Part shown: positions 38,282 to 51,886 of the stretch, one piece after another
Position numbering within the stretch: the first letter of the stretch is position 1
Layout of the letters: each line of letters opens with the position of its first letter
Assembly: GCF_963921235.1 (NCBI RefSeq)
Contig: NC_086105.1
Location: forward strand, 134,106,001 to 134,170,000
Direction: 5' to 3'
Source: Mobula hypostoma
Taxonomy: Eukaryota
Length of the DNA: 64,000 nt
The notes under the pieces: generated by a model
The model's input: the letters and a program-made list of their open reading frames with translations, nothing else
What the model was told of the DNA's origin: nothing
The model's database searches: none
Made by a program: the position numbers and the translations under genes

Positions 38282-38361
38282 CAGGGGTCCCCAACCTTTT
38301 TGATGCCGTGGACCAATACCATTAAGCAAAGTGTCCGTGGACCCCAGGTTGGGAACCCCTG
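38282..38361. mobile_element. hAT-type MITE, 80 bp
   Basis: TIRs CAGGGGTCCCCAACCT and AGGTTGGGAACCCCTG; 8-bp flanks CTCTACAT/CTCTTCAA; inserted in a PLE end. Confidence 0.8.
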
Positions 38362-38624
38362 CTCTTCAAGGATGCTGCCTGACCTGCTGAGTTCCTCCAG
38401 CATATTGTGTGTGTTGTAATTGAATTTAATCTGTTTTTTCTTCCCTCTCACTCTTCATTTTCCTCTTCCTCTCCCTCTCTCCCTCACCCTCTCCTTCATG
38501 CTTCAATTGCATGGTCCAGGAAAGGAAGATCAGGATCTGCCAGTGCTGAGGCTTAGGAGGAATATACTTTGAGAGTGCACAGTATACCTGGAATATATCC
38601 AGCACCCTGCATACCTCTTAATCA

Positions 38625-39210
38625 AATCTGACCAACCATTTTAACTCCACTCCCCTATCCCCATTCTGACATGGCCTCCTTTACTGCCTCAGTAAGGTCA
38701 CTCTCAGGCTGAAGGAATAACACATCCTATTCCATTTGGGTAGCCTCCAACCCGACAGCATAAACATCCATTTCCCCAACTTCTGATAATTTCTGCTCCC
38801 TCCTCTGTTTCTCCTCTTCCATTCCCCATTCTGACTCCCCTCTTACGCCTCCTCTTTACCTCATCTGCCTATCACCACCCTCTGGTGTACTCTGCCCTCC
38901 CCTTTCTCCCATGGTCCAGTATCCTCCTCTATCAGATTCCTTCTTCTTCAGCCCTTTATCTTTTCCAACTATCACCTCCCAGCTTCTCACTTCATTCTCC
39001 CTCCCCCCTCACACCTACCTTCACCCTCACTTGACTTCACCTATCACCTTTGAGCTTGTACTCATTCCCCTTCTCAATACCTCCTATTTTTGACTTCTTT
39101 CTCTTTCCTTTCCCATCCTGATGTATGGTCTCAGCCCTAAGTGTCAAGTGCTTGTTCCTCTCCATAGTTGCAGCCTGACCTGCTGAGTACCTCTAGGATT
39201 TTGTGAGCAT
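38625..39210 (+). mobile_element. Old PLE 3' fragment
   Basis: Degenerate homologue of 25160-25720. Confidence 0.75.
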
Positions 39211-39382
39211 TACCCTAAATTCCTATCCCACCTTATGAGCCCCTGCTAATTGCATATTCAACCCCTTGGTTCCAATAATACCATTTCATTGGATGAGAGA
39301 TCTAGATGATATACCTACATGGAAATTGTAACTGGAATACAATGGTATGAAAACAGGTGTTAAGTATTCTTATTATCAATAA

Positions 39383-39762
39383 ACATTATTCCCTGGAGCA
39401 TTGGAGAATGCAGGGAGATTTGATAGAGGCATACAAAATTATGATGGACACAAATAAGATAAATGCAAGCAGGCTTTTTCCGCTGAAGTCGGGTGAGGCT
39501 AGAACTAAAGGTCATGGGTTAAGGGTGAAAGGTGAAATGTTAAGGGGAACGAGGGGGAACATCTTCGCTCAGAGGGTGGTGAGAGTGTGGAACGAGCTGC
39601 CAGCAGGAGTGGTGGATGTGGTGGATTTGGATAAGTATATGAGTGAGAGGGATGTGGAGGATTACAGACAGGGTGCAGGTCAATGGGACTAAGCAGAATA
39701 GCAATTTAGCATGGAGCAGACCGAAGGGCCTCTTTCTGTGCTGTAGTGCTCTGTGACTCTAT
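39383..39762 (+). mobile_element. CR1 LINE 3' fragment
   Basis: YSLEHWRMQGDLIEAYK...QRVVRVWNELP. Confidence 0.85.
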
Positions 39763-42700
39763 TACTAGTCTTTGATCCTTGTAGAATCCATTAGTATGTT
39801 CTAGCACCACACAGATTCACACACAAAAGAAATTACTCCAGGACACGATGGTAGCATAATGGTTAGCATGATGCTATTACAACTCAGGGTGTCGGTGTTC
39901 AATTCTTCTGTAATATTCTCTCCATGACTGCATAGGTTTACTCCGGGTGCTCTGGTTTCCACCCACAGTCTAAAGACATACTGCTTAGTAAGTTAATTCT
40001 TCTTCTTCTTAAGCCCATCACCTCTACTGCAGCTCACCAGCGTTCTCTGTCCTGGGTCAGTCTTTCAAATTTGCCCTCAGGTGTAGCCCATCCTTGAAGA
40101 TCCTTCCTCTCCCAGTGACGAGGTCTTTGAAGTTTCTGTCGGTGTTTTTGTAGCACTGAGTATTTATGGGACGGGGTTCTTGGCCCCACGCTCAACCCTC
40201 CCCCTTTCGCAGCTTGGCTTGGGACTCTCCATGGCGGAGTTAGTAGCTCAATCGGACATCGTAAACTGTCCTGTGTTTGTGCTAGTGTTAAATTGGTGGG
40301 TTGCTCGGGGGTGCGGCCCTTTGGGTGTGAGGGGCCTGTTCCACACTGAATTTTAAATAAAAATTTTAAAGATCCCAGATTTGGGAACAGCTTCTTTCCA
40401 ACTGTGATCAGACTGCTGAATGGATTCTGACCCGGATCGGGGCCGTACCCTCCAAATATCCGGACCTGCCTCTCGGTTTTTTGCACTACATTACTTTCCC
40501 TTTTCTAATTTCTATTTATGATTTATAATTTAAATTTTTACTATTTACTATCGATTTGTACCACAGGGAGCGCGAAGCGCAGGATCAAATATCGCGATGA
40601 TGATTGTACGCTCTAGTATCAATTGTTTGGCGACAATAAAGTAAAATGAAATAAATGAATAAAATAGTTTACAGTAGAATGATCTGTTAGGTTTAATATC
40701 AAGGTCTGTAAACAATTTTAGATAAATGAACTGGAACAAATGTACTTCATCAACTGCCAGGAGACATAAAACTAACCTTATTCTTAATAAAATGACAATT
40801 ATTGATGGCATTAAAAATGAAATTTTTGTTCTTAAAAGCCATACTAAAATGTTAGTTTTATTGATAGTAACCTCAGGGCATGTCCTTTTACAAAAACTCT
40901 TGAGGACTTTGACCTTTCCCTAAGAATTAGATTCGATTTCTCATTGACATGTTAAATCACTGTGTCGTCCAGAGCTAACACTGAGTTGGGACTTCACAAA
41001 AGTTCATAAAATTGACCAAAAGTTACCAAAATGTGACAGAGTATTTTGCACCCAGGAAAGGAAGGTACACTAAACCAGGATCTGTTATATGGTTCATAGC
41101 TCCTGCAGGGCATCGTTGTCACTGTAGAGTCCTATTGCTAAGATTAAAGTTCAACATAAACTTATTATCAAAATAAGTCACTATATACAACCCTAAGATT
41201 CATTTTCTTGCGGGCATTCACAGTCAATACAAGAAACGCAATAGAATCAATGGAAGACTACATCCAACAGAGTGGACAAAACATCAACATGCAGAAAAAC
41301 AAACCAACAAACTGTGCAAATACAAACAGAAAGAGAAAAAAAAAGAAATAATAATAAAAAATAAGTAAGCAATAAGAATAAAGAACATGAAATGAAGAGT
41401 TCTTGAAAGTGAGTCCATAAGTTGTGGGAACATTTCACTGATGGGGCGAGTGAAGTTGAGTGAAATTATACCCTCTGGTTCAAGAGCCTGATGGTGGAGG
41501 GGTAATGACTATTCTTGTACCTGGTGGTGTGAGTCCTGAGGCTCTCATACCTTCTTCTTGATGGCAGCAGCGAGACGAGAGCATCGCCTCGATGGTGGGG
41601 GTCCTTGATGATGGAAGCTGCTTTCCTGTGACAGAGCTCTGTGTAGATGTGCTGAAAGGTGGGGAGGGCTTTACTCCGTAGTGGACTATGATAGATTGCA
41701 GTCACACTCCACATCCCTGCATGACGTGCTCCTGTTTTTTTTATAAACCCTGTGAACATTCACAGTGTAGGATTCCCTTTACCTGCTCTAATTTCATTTG
41801 GATTCTTCCCGCATTCCAAAGATGTACAGTTTGGGTAGTGGGTTGCAGGCTTGCTATGTTAGCCTGGAAGTGTTGCAACACGTGCACAATCTTTGCTGAT
41901 TTGATTCGATGCAAACGAATTTTACTGTATGTTTCAATATCTTGATGTACATATGACAAATAACGTTCATCTTTATCTTCTTTTCCCATTTCTCCTAACT
42001 CTGGAGTAAAACTCTGCTCTGCAACTTGTGGGGTCATCAGCTGTCTGACTAATATTGAGCAATTATCACCTTTCCTAAGGTGAACCTCACTCAGATGTGC
42101 CTGAGCTCATTTAGGGTACCATGGTAGCCTCGAGGTTAGTACGATACTATTACAGCTTGGGAAATTCCAGAGTTCAGCGTTCAATTTCAGCGCCAACTGT
42201 GAGGAGATTGTAAACACAAAATATTCTGCAGATGCTGGGGTCAAAGCAACACTCACAACACGCTGGAGGAACTCAGCAGGTCGGACAGCATCCGTGGAAA
42301 AGTTTGTACATTCTCCCTGTGACCATGTGGGTTTCCTTTGGGTGCTCCGCTTTCCTCCATAACTCAAAGACGTCCCAGTGAATAGATGAATTTGTCATTA
42401 TAAATTGTCCCATGATTAGGCTAGTATTAGTAAATAGGTGGCTTGGGCTGCTTGGCTCATTGGGCCAGAGGGATTTGTTCAATGAGGTATCACAAAGTAA
42501 GTAAATTTCCATAGGCTTGCTGAGTAATTCGGAAATGCTTCAAACATAATCTACTGCATGCAAAATGACTTTTAACTGCAATTTGCACAGAGACAAGTAC
42601 AAAGAAAACCAAAATGGCCAAATCTAGAAGATATTGGAATGGATGACCAATGATTTGATGAAAGACAGCAGCTTTTGACTAGAGAGAGAGAGGGGTGGAA

Positions 42701-43058
42701 AGTTTCAGGAGGAGTTTAGCAGTAACAGGTTACAAATGAGAAACTGCTGCTCTTATGCAGCCGTATTAACAACAGAATGATCATTCCCATCTGAGAGTAA
42801 GTTAACGGATATGTATAAAAAGAGATGTTTCTGTAACAAATTACTGTGTCTCTGCTGTTAACTGGTAATGTGTGTAGTGGGAATAAGAATAGTCTGTTTG
42901 ATTCCAGTTCACTTGTGAACTACATCAAATACAAAACTGAACAAAGGAAACCTTCTTGGATTTTACTATTGTGACAGGAGCTGGCATCAAGTGCTTAAAG
43001 AGCAAGACGTAGATGTAGACGAACATAGAAAGTGCTGAAAACACCCTGTATATCACTC

Positions 43059-43796
43059 AAGAGAGGGAGAGGGGGAAAGAGAAGCAGGGGGTTGGAGAGA
43101 GAAAGAGAAAGAGTGGGGTGTGGAGAGAGGAAGAGAGGAGAGAGGGAGAGGGAGGGAGAGTGGAGAAAGAGAGGGTGAGAGAGGGGTGAGAGGATAGAGG
43201 GAGGGGAAGAGAGTGGGAGAGGGAGAAGAAGGAGAAATGGAGAGAAAGAAGGAGAGGGATGGGCAGGGAGAGAGAGGGTGAGATTGAGGGAGAGGAAAAG
43301 GAAGAGGGAAAGGAAGATGGAGGGAGGGTGAAAGGAGAGAGAGGAGAGAGAAAGGGAAGAGAAGAAGAGAAAAAGGGGAGAGGGAGAAGGAGAGATGGAG
43401 AGAGAGAGAAGAAGAGATGGAGAGAGAGAGAAGTGGAAAGGGAGAGGGAGGAGGAGAGGCAGAGGGAGAAGGAGATGGAGGAAGAGGAAGAGGGGCAGGC
43501 AGGGAGAGAGGGAGAGAGGGGATGAAAGAGAGAGAGGGGTTCAGAGGGAGAGAGAGGGTGAGAAGAAGAGAGGGCTTGAGAGGGAGAGGGGGAAAGTGGG
43601 AGAGAGAGGGGGAGATGGGGAGAGAAGGGGAGAGTGGGATGGAGGGAGGGAGAGAGGGTGGAGGGAGAGGAGGAGAGGAGGGGAGGGGGAGAGAGGAGAT
43701 GGAAATAAAGGGAGAGTAAGACAAAGAAAGTTGAAAGAGAGAAATAGAGCTATAAAGAGAGTGAGAAATAAAGAGAGAGAGAGAGAGAGAGAGAGA
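43059..43796. repeat. GA-rich low-complexity purine tract ending in (GA)n
   Basis: Almost exclusively G/A on the + strand. Confidence 0.95.
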
Positions 43797-44507
43797 TTTC
43801 AGGCTGATGAATTTTGACAGAATAGAAAACCTTTGGATAGGGAGGTGCGATATGATTTACTTTATTAAACTTTATGTTCCTATTTTCAAGGAAATGTGTC
43901 AAAACACCATTTGAAATTTTGACTAGAAGATTTTCCTAACCTCCACTCTTAGGATTCTTCTGCCCTATCTGTATTTTATCCTAAAGGGGAGAAGGAAAGG
44001 AAGTCTTTCAGCTCTCAGCTGCACCATTGGTGGGGTTGCAGAGGAATGGTGGCTCCTTATTCCTCCCCATCTTGTGGTCTTCTTCCCTCGTTATTAACAC
44101 AAATTCTGCCTCATCTTATCTCCATCCAAACCACCCACACACTATTCTATCCTCTACTTCCTTCACTATATCAATGCTCACTATCCATAACCATCCATCC
44201 ATTTACCACAACCCAAAGACTGAGTGGAAGAGATACATTCTTGCATTCTCTCTCCATCTACTCACCTTCATACCCATTTCCTTCTAGAAACCACTTCCAA
44301 AATGGTTTTATTTAAACAAACCTAATTATCATGAGATAAAAAGAGCAACACACAAATAACATCATGAGATATGTTGAGGTATTACGACATAATATGTATG
44401 ACTGTTCTTTGCTGTTTCCTCAAACAGTGGGTATCTCTGCCTCACAAGTTTGAACCAATTAAGAAATTTACACTTTTACATTTGGATGGCATTGTAACAC
44501 AGCAGTT

Positions 44508-45118
44508 AGAAACATAGAAACATAGAAAACCTACAGCACAATACAGGCCCTCCAGCCCACAATACTGTGCCAAACATGTAATTACTTTAGAAACTATCTA
44601 GGGTGACCTATAACCCTCTATGTTTCTCAGCTCCAAGAGTCTTTTATTGTATCCGTCTCCACCCCTGTCGCAGGCAGCCCATTCCACGCACTCACCACTC
44701 TGTGTGTGTAAAAACTTACCCCTGACATCTCCTCTGTACCTACTTTCAAGCACCTTAATACTATGCCCCCTCATGTTAGCCATTTCAGCCCTGGGAAGAA
44801 GTCTCTGACCACCCACACGATCAATGCCTCTCATCATCTTATACACCTCTATCAGGTCACCTCTCATCCTCTGTCGCTCCAAGGAGAAAAGGCTAAGTTC
44901 ACTCAACCTATTCTCATAAGGCATGCTCCCCAATCCAGGCAACATCCTTGTAAATCTCCTCAGCACCCTTTCTATAGTTTCCATGTCCTTCCTGTAGTTA
45001 GGTGACCAGAACTGAGCACAGTACTCCACGTGGGGTCTGACCAGTGTCCTATATAGCTGCAACATTACCTCTCAGCTATTGAACTCAATCCCATGGTTGA
45101 TGAAGGCCATTATACCGT
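44508..45118 (-). mobile_element. CR1 LINE 3' fragment
   Basis: ORF 44598-45065: LYRTLVRPHVEYCAQFWSP...; (TTTCTATG)n tail. Confidence 0.9.
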
Positions 45119-45453
45119 AGGTTAGCATAACACTATTACAGAGCCTAGACTTGGGTCTATCTGCTTCGCATATTTAGGTAATTAAGAGATTTACCCTTTA
45201 CACTTGGGTGACACAGTAGTGTAGCAGTTAGCATAACACAATTACACCAGCAGTGACCTGGGTTCAATTCATGCCACCATCTGTAAGGAGTCTGTACGTT
45301 CTCCCTGAGACCATGTAGCCTCCCTCCAGGTGCTCTGGTTTCCTCCCATTGTCCAACGATGTACCAGTTAGTAGGTTAATTGGTCACATAGGTATAACTG
45401 GGGAGCGCGGGCTCATTAGGCTAGGAGGGTCCGTTACCATGTTATATCCCTAA

Positions 45454-45759
45454 ATAATAATAATAGGCATCCGTTAGTCTCGTGGGACCATGGATTTGCG
45501 CCTTGGAAGATTTCCAGGGCGCAGGCCTGGGTAAGGTTGTATGGAAGACCGGCAGTTGCCATCTCCCCTCTTCATGCCACTGATGTTGTCCAAGGGAACA
45601 GCACTAGGGCCGATACAGCTTGGCACTGGTGCCAGCGCAGAGAAATGTGTGGTTAAGTGCCTTGCTCAAGGACACAATACGCTGCCTCAGCTGATGCTCG
45701 AACTAGCGACCTTCAGGTCACTAGACCACCACCTTAACCACTTGGCCACGCGCCGACAC
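45454..45759 (-). mobile_element. tRNA-derived bipartite RTE-type SINE, second copy
   Basis: Homologous to 18615-18925; (TAA)n tail on the + strand; ATCCCTAA TSD (45446-45453, 45760-45767). Confidence 0.9.
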
Positions 45760-47865
45760 ATCCCTAAGTAGAAATAAATAATAAATAATTGTAACCTTTC
45801 GGTATTTGCTTATGGGATGTTAGTGTTGCTGGCAATAATGCCATCTTTTATTTTCTCTCCATAATTGCCCCCACTCGTGGGGATGATCAACCACAGTCTG
45901 GAGCCATTTATACACCAGACTGGGTATGGGTGGCAGATTTCTTGTCCAACCATTTTTCAAGAACACAAGAATTCCACCTGAGAGGCAGTTTCATCAGACA
46001 TACAGTATGATATATAAATTAATCGGAATCTGACTTAAATAGTGATTTCACTGAGGATCATTAAGATTCACCGAATGACGGGGTTCATTCTTAATGCCAT
46101 GCCTGCGTGTTAGATTTAAGACCAAGCTTGTTGTGCAGAGGCTCTGATGTCTCTTCTCTCTTACAGAAGAGTTAGCTTACACAGCGTGCTCCATGGGAGA
46201 AAATGCACAGTAACTTCAAAGATTTTCAGTGCAGCAAGAAACATGTGGGCAGAACAGTGACCTTAGGAATCGACTGATATATCAGAGAAGTTGGTTAGCT
46301 GAAAACATTAAATCAATTGTGTGGCTCGATGAGCTGCATCTCAGCAAATGTTAGACTTAATTAGGAAGCCAAATGGAGAAGTGTGGAACTCTGGGAGATT
46401 TCAGGTCAGCCAATGGACGTCAAGGCTGTGAACGAGTCTACTGGAAACCAGAGACAGTTCTAGTGCTGCCTCTCGTCTTTTAGAGGCAACTCCTGAAATG
46501 TCTTGCTCTGTTCATGCGAGTTCATTTCATTGCTAGCCACAGGCAAGTTTATAAAAAACAACACCCAGATTAACTTCCACTCCAGAAACCCCCAACAAAA
46601 CAAAATACTTCAGCGGGATGCAAAAGGCCTCGAGGCAAAGTGAACACAACCAAGAGTCAAGACCAGAGAGCCATGCTGTTAATCAAGATAATTATACAAC
46701 CAACAAGAACAATGTCTTTAAGAAAATATAAAGATCAAAAGTATATGCCTAAATGCAAGTTATTTTTATGATGTGGCACTGTTGTTGAATATGCCCGCGG
46801 TATGTTTGGACTTCCGTCACATAAGAACACAAGAAAATAGAATTGGAATCAGGTTTACTATCACTAACATATGTCATGATATTCACATTTGTACCAGAAG
46901 TACAGTGCAGTACACAAAAAATAAAAGTTACAACAAGAAATATACAAAAAAAAGAGGTAGTTATTGAGGTAGTTCACGGACCATTCAGAAATCTGAAGGT
47001 GGAGGGGAAGAAGCTGTTACTAAAATGTTGAGTGTGTGCATTCAGGCTCCTGTAACTCCTCCCTGCTGATATTAATGAGAAGCAGGCGTGCCCTGGGTAG
47101 TGGGGGTCCTTAACATAGGATGCTGCCATTTTGAAGCATCACCTTTAGAAGATATCACTGATTATGGGGAAACACTTGCCGACGATGGAGCAGGCCATGA
47201 GGCCCTTCAAGCCTGCCTCTCCACTTACTATGATCAAGGCTGATTTACGCTGGTCTCATCTCCTCTTCTGTGCTGTTTCTCACTACCTTTATATTCTTTA
47301 ATCTATAAAATATTTAACGAACTGCAGTGTTAGTTAAATACTTCTAGTGATTCAGCTTCTACTACCTATTGGGGCAGAAAACCCCAGTTACAGCACCCCC
47401 TCCCAGAGAAAAATATCTTTGTACCTCTAAAAGAAACAAGCCCAGTGTAGTGCAAAGTGCCAGTGTGGTCAGTGTGTTGCCATATGAACTACTGATTCAG
47501 ATTGTGCAGGCTGATTCATGAATCAAATGGTTAAACGGAAATAACTGCTCTTGAACCGATTGGAGCGAGACTTCAGATTTATGCTTCTCCTGCCCGATGG
47601 TAGCTGTGAGAAAATGGCGTGGCCCAGATGGTGAGGATCTGTGATGATGGACGCTGCCTTCTTGAGGCAGTACCTCACGTACTGTAGATGCTTTTGTTGA
47701 TGGGGAAGGATGTGCCCATGACATATTGAGATAAATGCACTGATCTCTGCAGCTTCTTACAGTCTGGTACATTGGAACTGCCGTACCAGAATACGGTGCA
47801 CATCCTTGTCCTGAAACTCCTGGTGGCCTTCAGATCTCAGAATCAGATTTACTATTGACATATGT

Positions 47866-50800
47866 TCCAAGGTTGTCAAGCCGAGAAGTGGTAGGGGGGA
47901 CAAGCTCCCACTACCTAAAAGTGCTCCGCATGGCATGTGCCTCAAATAGCCTCTGACAACTAAGTCCAACTCCTGGCCTTCTCGTGTGGCTTAGCCTCTA
48001 AGCCCGGTGGAACTGTTTCTACTGACAGGAGAAGGGGCGAAAGTGGGTCCTGGCACCTTAAAACCAGTGCTTCGGGTAGATGGAGCTCGTCAGCCTGGGA
48101 TGGTAGTCCATCTAAGGGAGGATAACTCTGATTTCAAACCTCCGCTGCCTTGCAGCCATACCCACTGATGGGAAAGGCTTCGGGAGTAAACCCTGAGGAC
48201 AAATCCGGAGCTGGAGTTCCTAAGTCAGTCCGACGTTGCCTTCAACCTCGTTCTGGCAACTCCTGCGATGACACTGGTGCCAAACTGTATCGGCCCCTGC
48301 CCTTCCCTTGGACAACGTCGGTGTCGTGGAGAGGGGAGACTTGCAGCATGGGCAACTGCCAGTCTTCCATACAACCTTGCCCAGGCCTGCGCCCTGGAGA
48401 GGACACTCCAGCGTCTCCCCACCACGACGGCACGACACGGAAAGCAGCAGTCTACCGGTTATAAGCCTGCACTCAACTGGCGTAGAGCAAGGTGCCAGGC
48501 GTTGCTTTTGACGGAGGGAGAGACCATCGCATCTCACTGGACAGCTACCGCCTGTCTCAAGCTGGGCAGCCCCCAGCCAATTAGATGCTGTCCCGCCACA
48601 GTCCGCCCGCTCCACTAGGTGCGTGGGGCTTATGGATACAAGTAGTCCGAACTGCGGACTGTAAACACTGCACCAAGCACAACTAGAAGATAAAGAAAGA
48701 AGCCAGCACTCAGACTAGGATGTTGGAATATACGGACCATGACAACTGGTATATCAGATGACCTTTGGGAGATCAGCGACGCACACAAGACAGCAGTGAT
48801 TAACAATGAACTGTCGAGACTCCAAAGGACATCGCAACGCTCCAAGAGACACGTCTTGCAGAATCGGGAACCCTACGTGAAAGAGTCTTCTGGCAGGAGA
48901 AGGGCTCAGACGAGACCAGAGAGCATGGTGTAGACTTTGCTGTGAAGAACTCGCTGCTGAAGACGGTAGAGCCTAGCGAGAAAGGGACAGAGTGGATTTT
49001 CTCACTTCGACTCCACACATCCGACTGGCCTGTCAGCCTAGTCAGCGTCTATGCCCCAACCCTCTACTCTACACAAGACACAAAGGACAAGTTCTACGAC
49101 CAGCTCTCAATGATGATACAGGAGATCCCAAGTCAGGAACAGTTGCTGCTACATGGTGACTTCAACGCCAGAGTGGGCGCCGACCACGACTCCTGGCCAA
49201 GCTGCCTGGGGCGGTATGGGATTGGCAGCATGAATGACAACGGGCAACGACTGCTCGAGCTCTGCATGCTCCACGAATTGTGTGTCACCCACACCTACTT
49301 CCAGACCAAAGCTCAGCACAAGGTGTCCTGGCGGCATCCCTGCTCCGAACACTGGCACCAGCTCGACCTGATAATCACAAGATGCCGTCACCTGAGAAAC
49401 GTGCTCATGACTCGCTCCTTTCAGAGTGCCATCTGCGACACGGATCACTCTCTGGTTTGCTGCAAGATCAGACTTCAGCCTCCAGGCAAGCAGTAAGACA
49501 CAACACCCAGCCAAAGCTGCAGAGCTCATCAGGTCACTGGAGGACGCTGTCCTTGCAGACCCACCAGAAGGAAGTGCTCAACGGAGATAGGACTCTCGCA
49601 GGGACTCTATCCACAGCACTGCACTCAAGGCCTTTGGGAAGGAACGGGGCAAGACACAGGACTGGTTTGAAGCAAGCTCAAGTAAGCTCACCGTTGTCAT
49701 CGAGGTGAAGCGTGTTGCACTACTAGAGCACAAACGCCACCCCACCCAGGCAAACTGCAAGCGCTAAGGTCAGCAAGAAACAAGGCCCAGGAAACAGACA
49801 GATGCTGTGCAAATGACTACTGGCTACAACTATGCGAAAGCATTCAGTCATCATTTCACACAGGCAACATCCGTGGAGAGTACGAGGGGATCAAGAAAGC
49901 CATCGGGCCAACCCAGAGCAAAACAGCACCATTGAAAACCATGACAGGTGAGACCATCAATGACAAAGGCAAGCAGATGGAGAGATGGGTGGAGCATTAC
50001 TCTGAACTCTTCTCCAGAGAAAACAGCATCTCGGACAGCACGCTAGATGCTGTGGAATGCCTGCCTATCATGGAGGAACTCGACGCATTGCCGACTGCTG
50101 AAGAGCTGAGTAAAGCCATCAACAGCCTGCCCACTGGGAAGGCACCAGGATTGGATGGCGTTCCACCAGAGGCCATCAAATGCGCAAAGGGCGTCCTGCT
50201 AAACCACCTGCACGAACTACTGTGCCAGTGCTGGATAGAGGGAGCAGTGCCGCAAGACATGAGAGACTGCAACATTTGTCACCATATATAAGAACAAAGG
50301 GGACAGACGCGACTGTAACAGCTACAGGGGAATCTCCTTGCTGAGCATCGTTGGGAAGGTCTTTGCCCGTGTGGTCTTGAACAGACTGCAGAAAATAGCC
50401 GAAAGGGTATATCTCGAGTCTCAGTACCTTTTCAGGTCAGAACGCTCCACAATTGACATGATCCTCTCCCTTCGACATCTACAAGAGAAATGCAGAGAGC
50501 AAAGACAACTACTCTACGTCTTTTTCATTGACCTTACGAAGGCCTTCGACCTTGTGAGCAGAGATGGCCTGTTCAGAATCCTTGCCAGGATTGGTTGTCC
50601 CCCGAAGTTCCTCAGGATAGTTCAGTCATTCCACACAGACATGAAGAGCGTCATTCAGTTCGACGGCTCTTCTTCGGAGGCCTTCAACATCCGCAGCGGT
50701 GTGAAGCAGGGCTGTGTGCTTGCCCCCACCCTGTTTGGCATCTTCTTCACTGTCATGCTGAAGCACGCCTTTGGAACATCAACTGATGGTGTCTACCTCC

Positions 50801-51886
50801 ACACCAGATCGGACAGGAGTCTGTTCAGTCTGTCCTGGCTGAGGGCAAAAACCAAGGTTCGTGAAGTACTCATCAGGGACATGTTGTTTGCAGATGACGT
50901 GGCACTGGCAACACACTCTGAAGAGCAACTGCAACGCCTCATGGACAGCTTCTCAAGAACCTTCCAGGACTTCAGCTTGATCATCAGCCTGAAGAAAACC
51001 AATGTGTTGGGCCAAGGCATTGAGCACCCCCTGCCATTACCATCAACAACTACGAGCTGGAGATAGTTCACGAGTTTACATACCTTGGCTCCACTATCAC
51101 GGACAGTCTCTCCCAAGACCCCGAGATCAACAGACAGATCGGACGAGCAGCCTCAACATTCGCCAGGCTGACAAAGAGAGTCTGGGAGAACAGAAAGCTG
51201 ATGCCGCACACCAAAGTTGCAGTCTACGGGGCCTGCGTCCTCAGCATACTGCTTTACGGCAGCGAGACCTGGAGCCTCTACTACAGACAAGAGCGGCGTC
51301 TCAACGCCTTCCACCTTCACAGCCTGAGACGCATCCTGGATATCACATGGACTGACCGAGTCACCAACAATGAGGTCCCGGCCCGCGCCCCGGTACCCAG
51401 CCTCTTCACCCTGCTCCAACAACGCCGTCTCCGCTGGCTGGGCCACGTACACCGCATGTCAGACGGGAGGATCCCAAAAGACCTGCTGTACGGGCAACTG
51501 GCCTCCAGCAAGAGAGCACAAGGGTGGCCCCATCTTCGTTTCGAAGACGTTTGCAAGAGAGACATGAAGTCACTGAAAATGAACGTCGAGAGGTGGGAGG
51601 ACATCGCAAGCGATCGCTCTCGCTGGAGGCTGGAACTACGCAGAGGTCTAAAAAGAGGAGAAGAGAAGCTGAGGCTTGCTGCTGAAGAAAAGCGCACTCG
51701 TCGGAAAAACAGCACCAAGATAACACTGGAGGACAGCGCCTTCAAGTGCAGTCGATGCAGCCGAGACTGTCACTCCCATGTGGGCCTCTACAGCCGCAAC
51801 AGACACTGCTCACACAGACTGAAGCAAGACCTTCCAGGCACAGATCCATGGTCTCGCAAGACTAACGGATGCCACCACCACCACCA
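47866..51886 (+). mobile_element. Near full-length RTE-clade LINE
   Basis: ~0.8-kb leader, APE + RT coding region, (CCA)n tail; interrupts a Rex1-like tail that resumes at about 51887. Confidence 0.92.
48692..51860 (+). pseudogene. RTE ORF (APE endonuclease + RT + C-terminal Cys/His motif), frameshifted
   Basis: CWNIRT, SVYAPT, GDFNARVG, DTDHSLV; KAPGLDG, FIDLTKAFD, GVKQGCVLAPTLF, LFADD; broken across several track ORFs. Confidence 0.9.

Noticed and set aside
43053-43817. Pro/Ser/Leu-rich and Glu/Arg/Gly-rich ORFs
   Set aside because: Translations of the low-complexity purine tract
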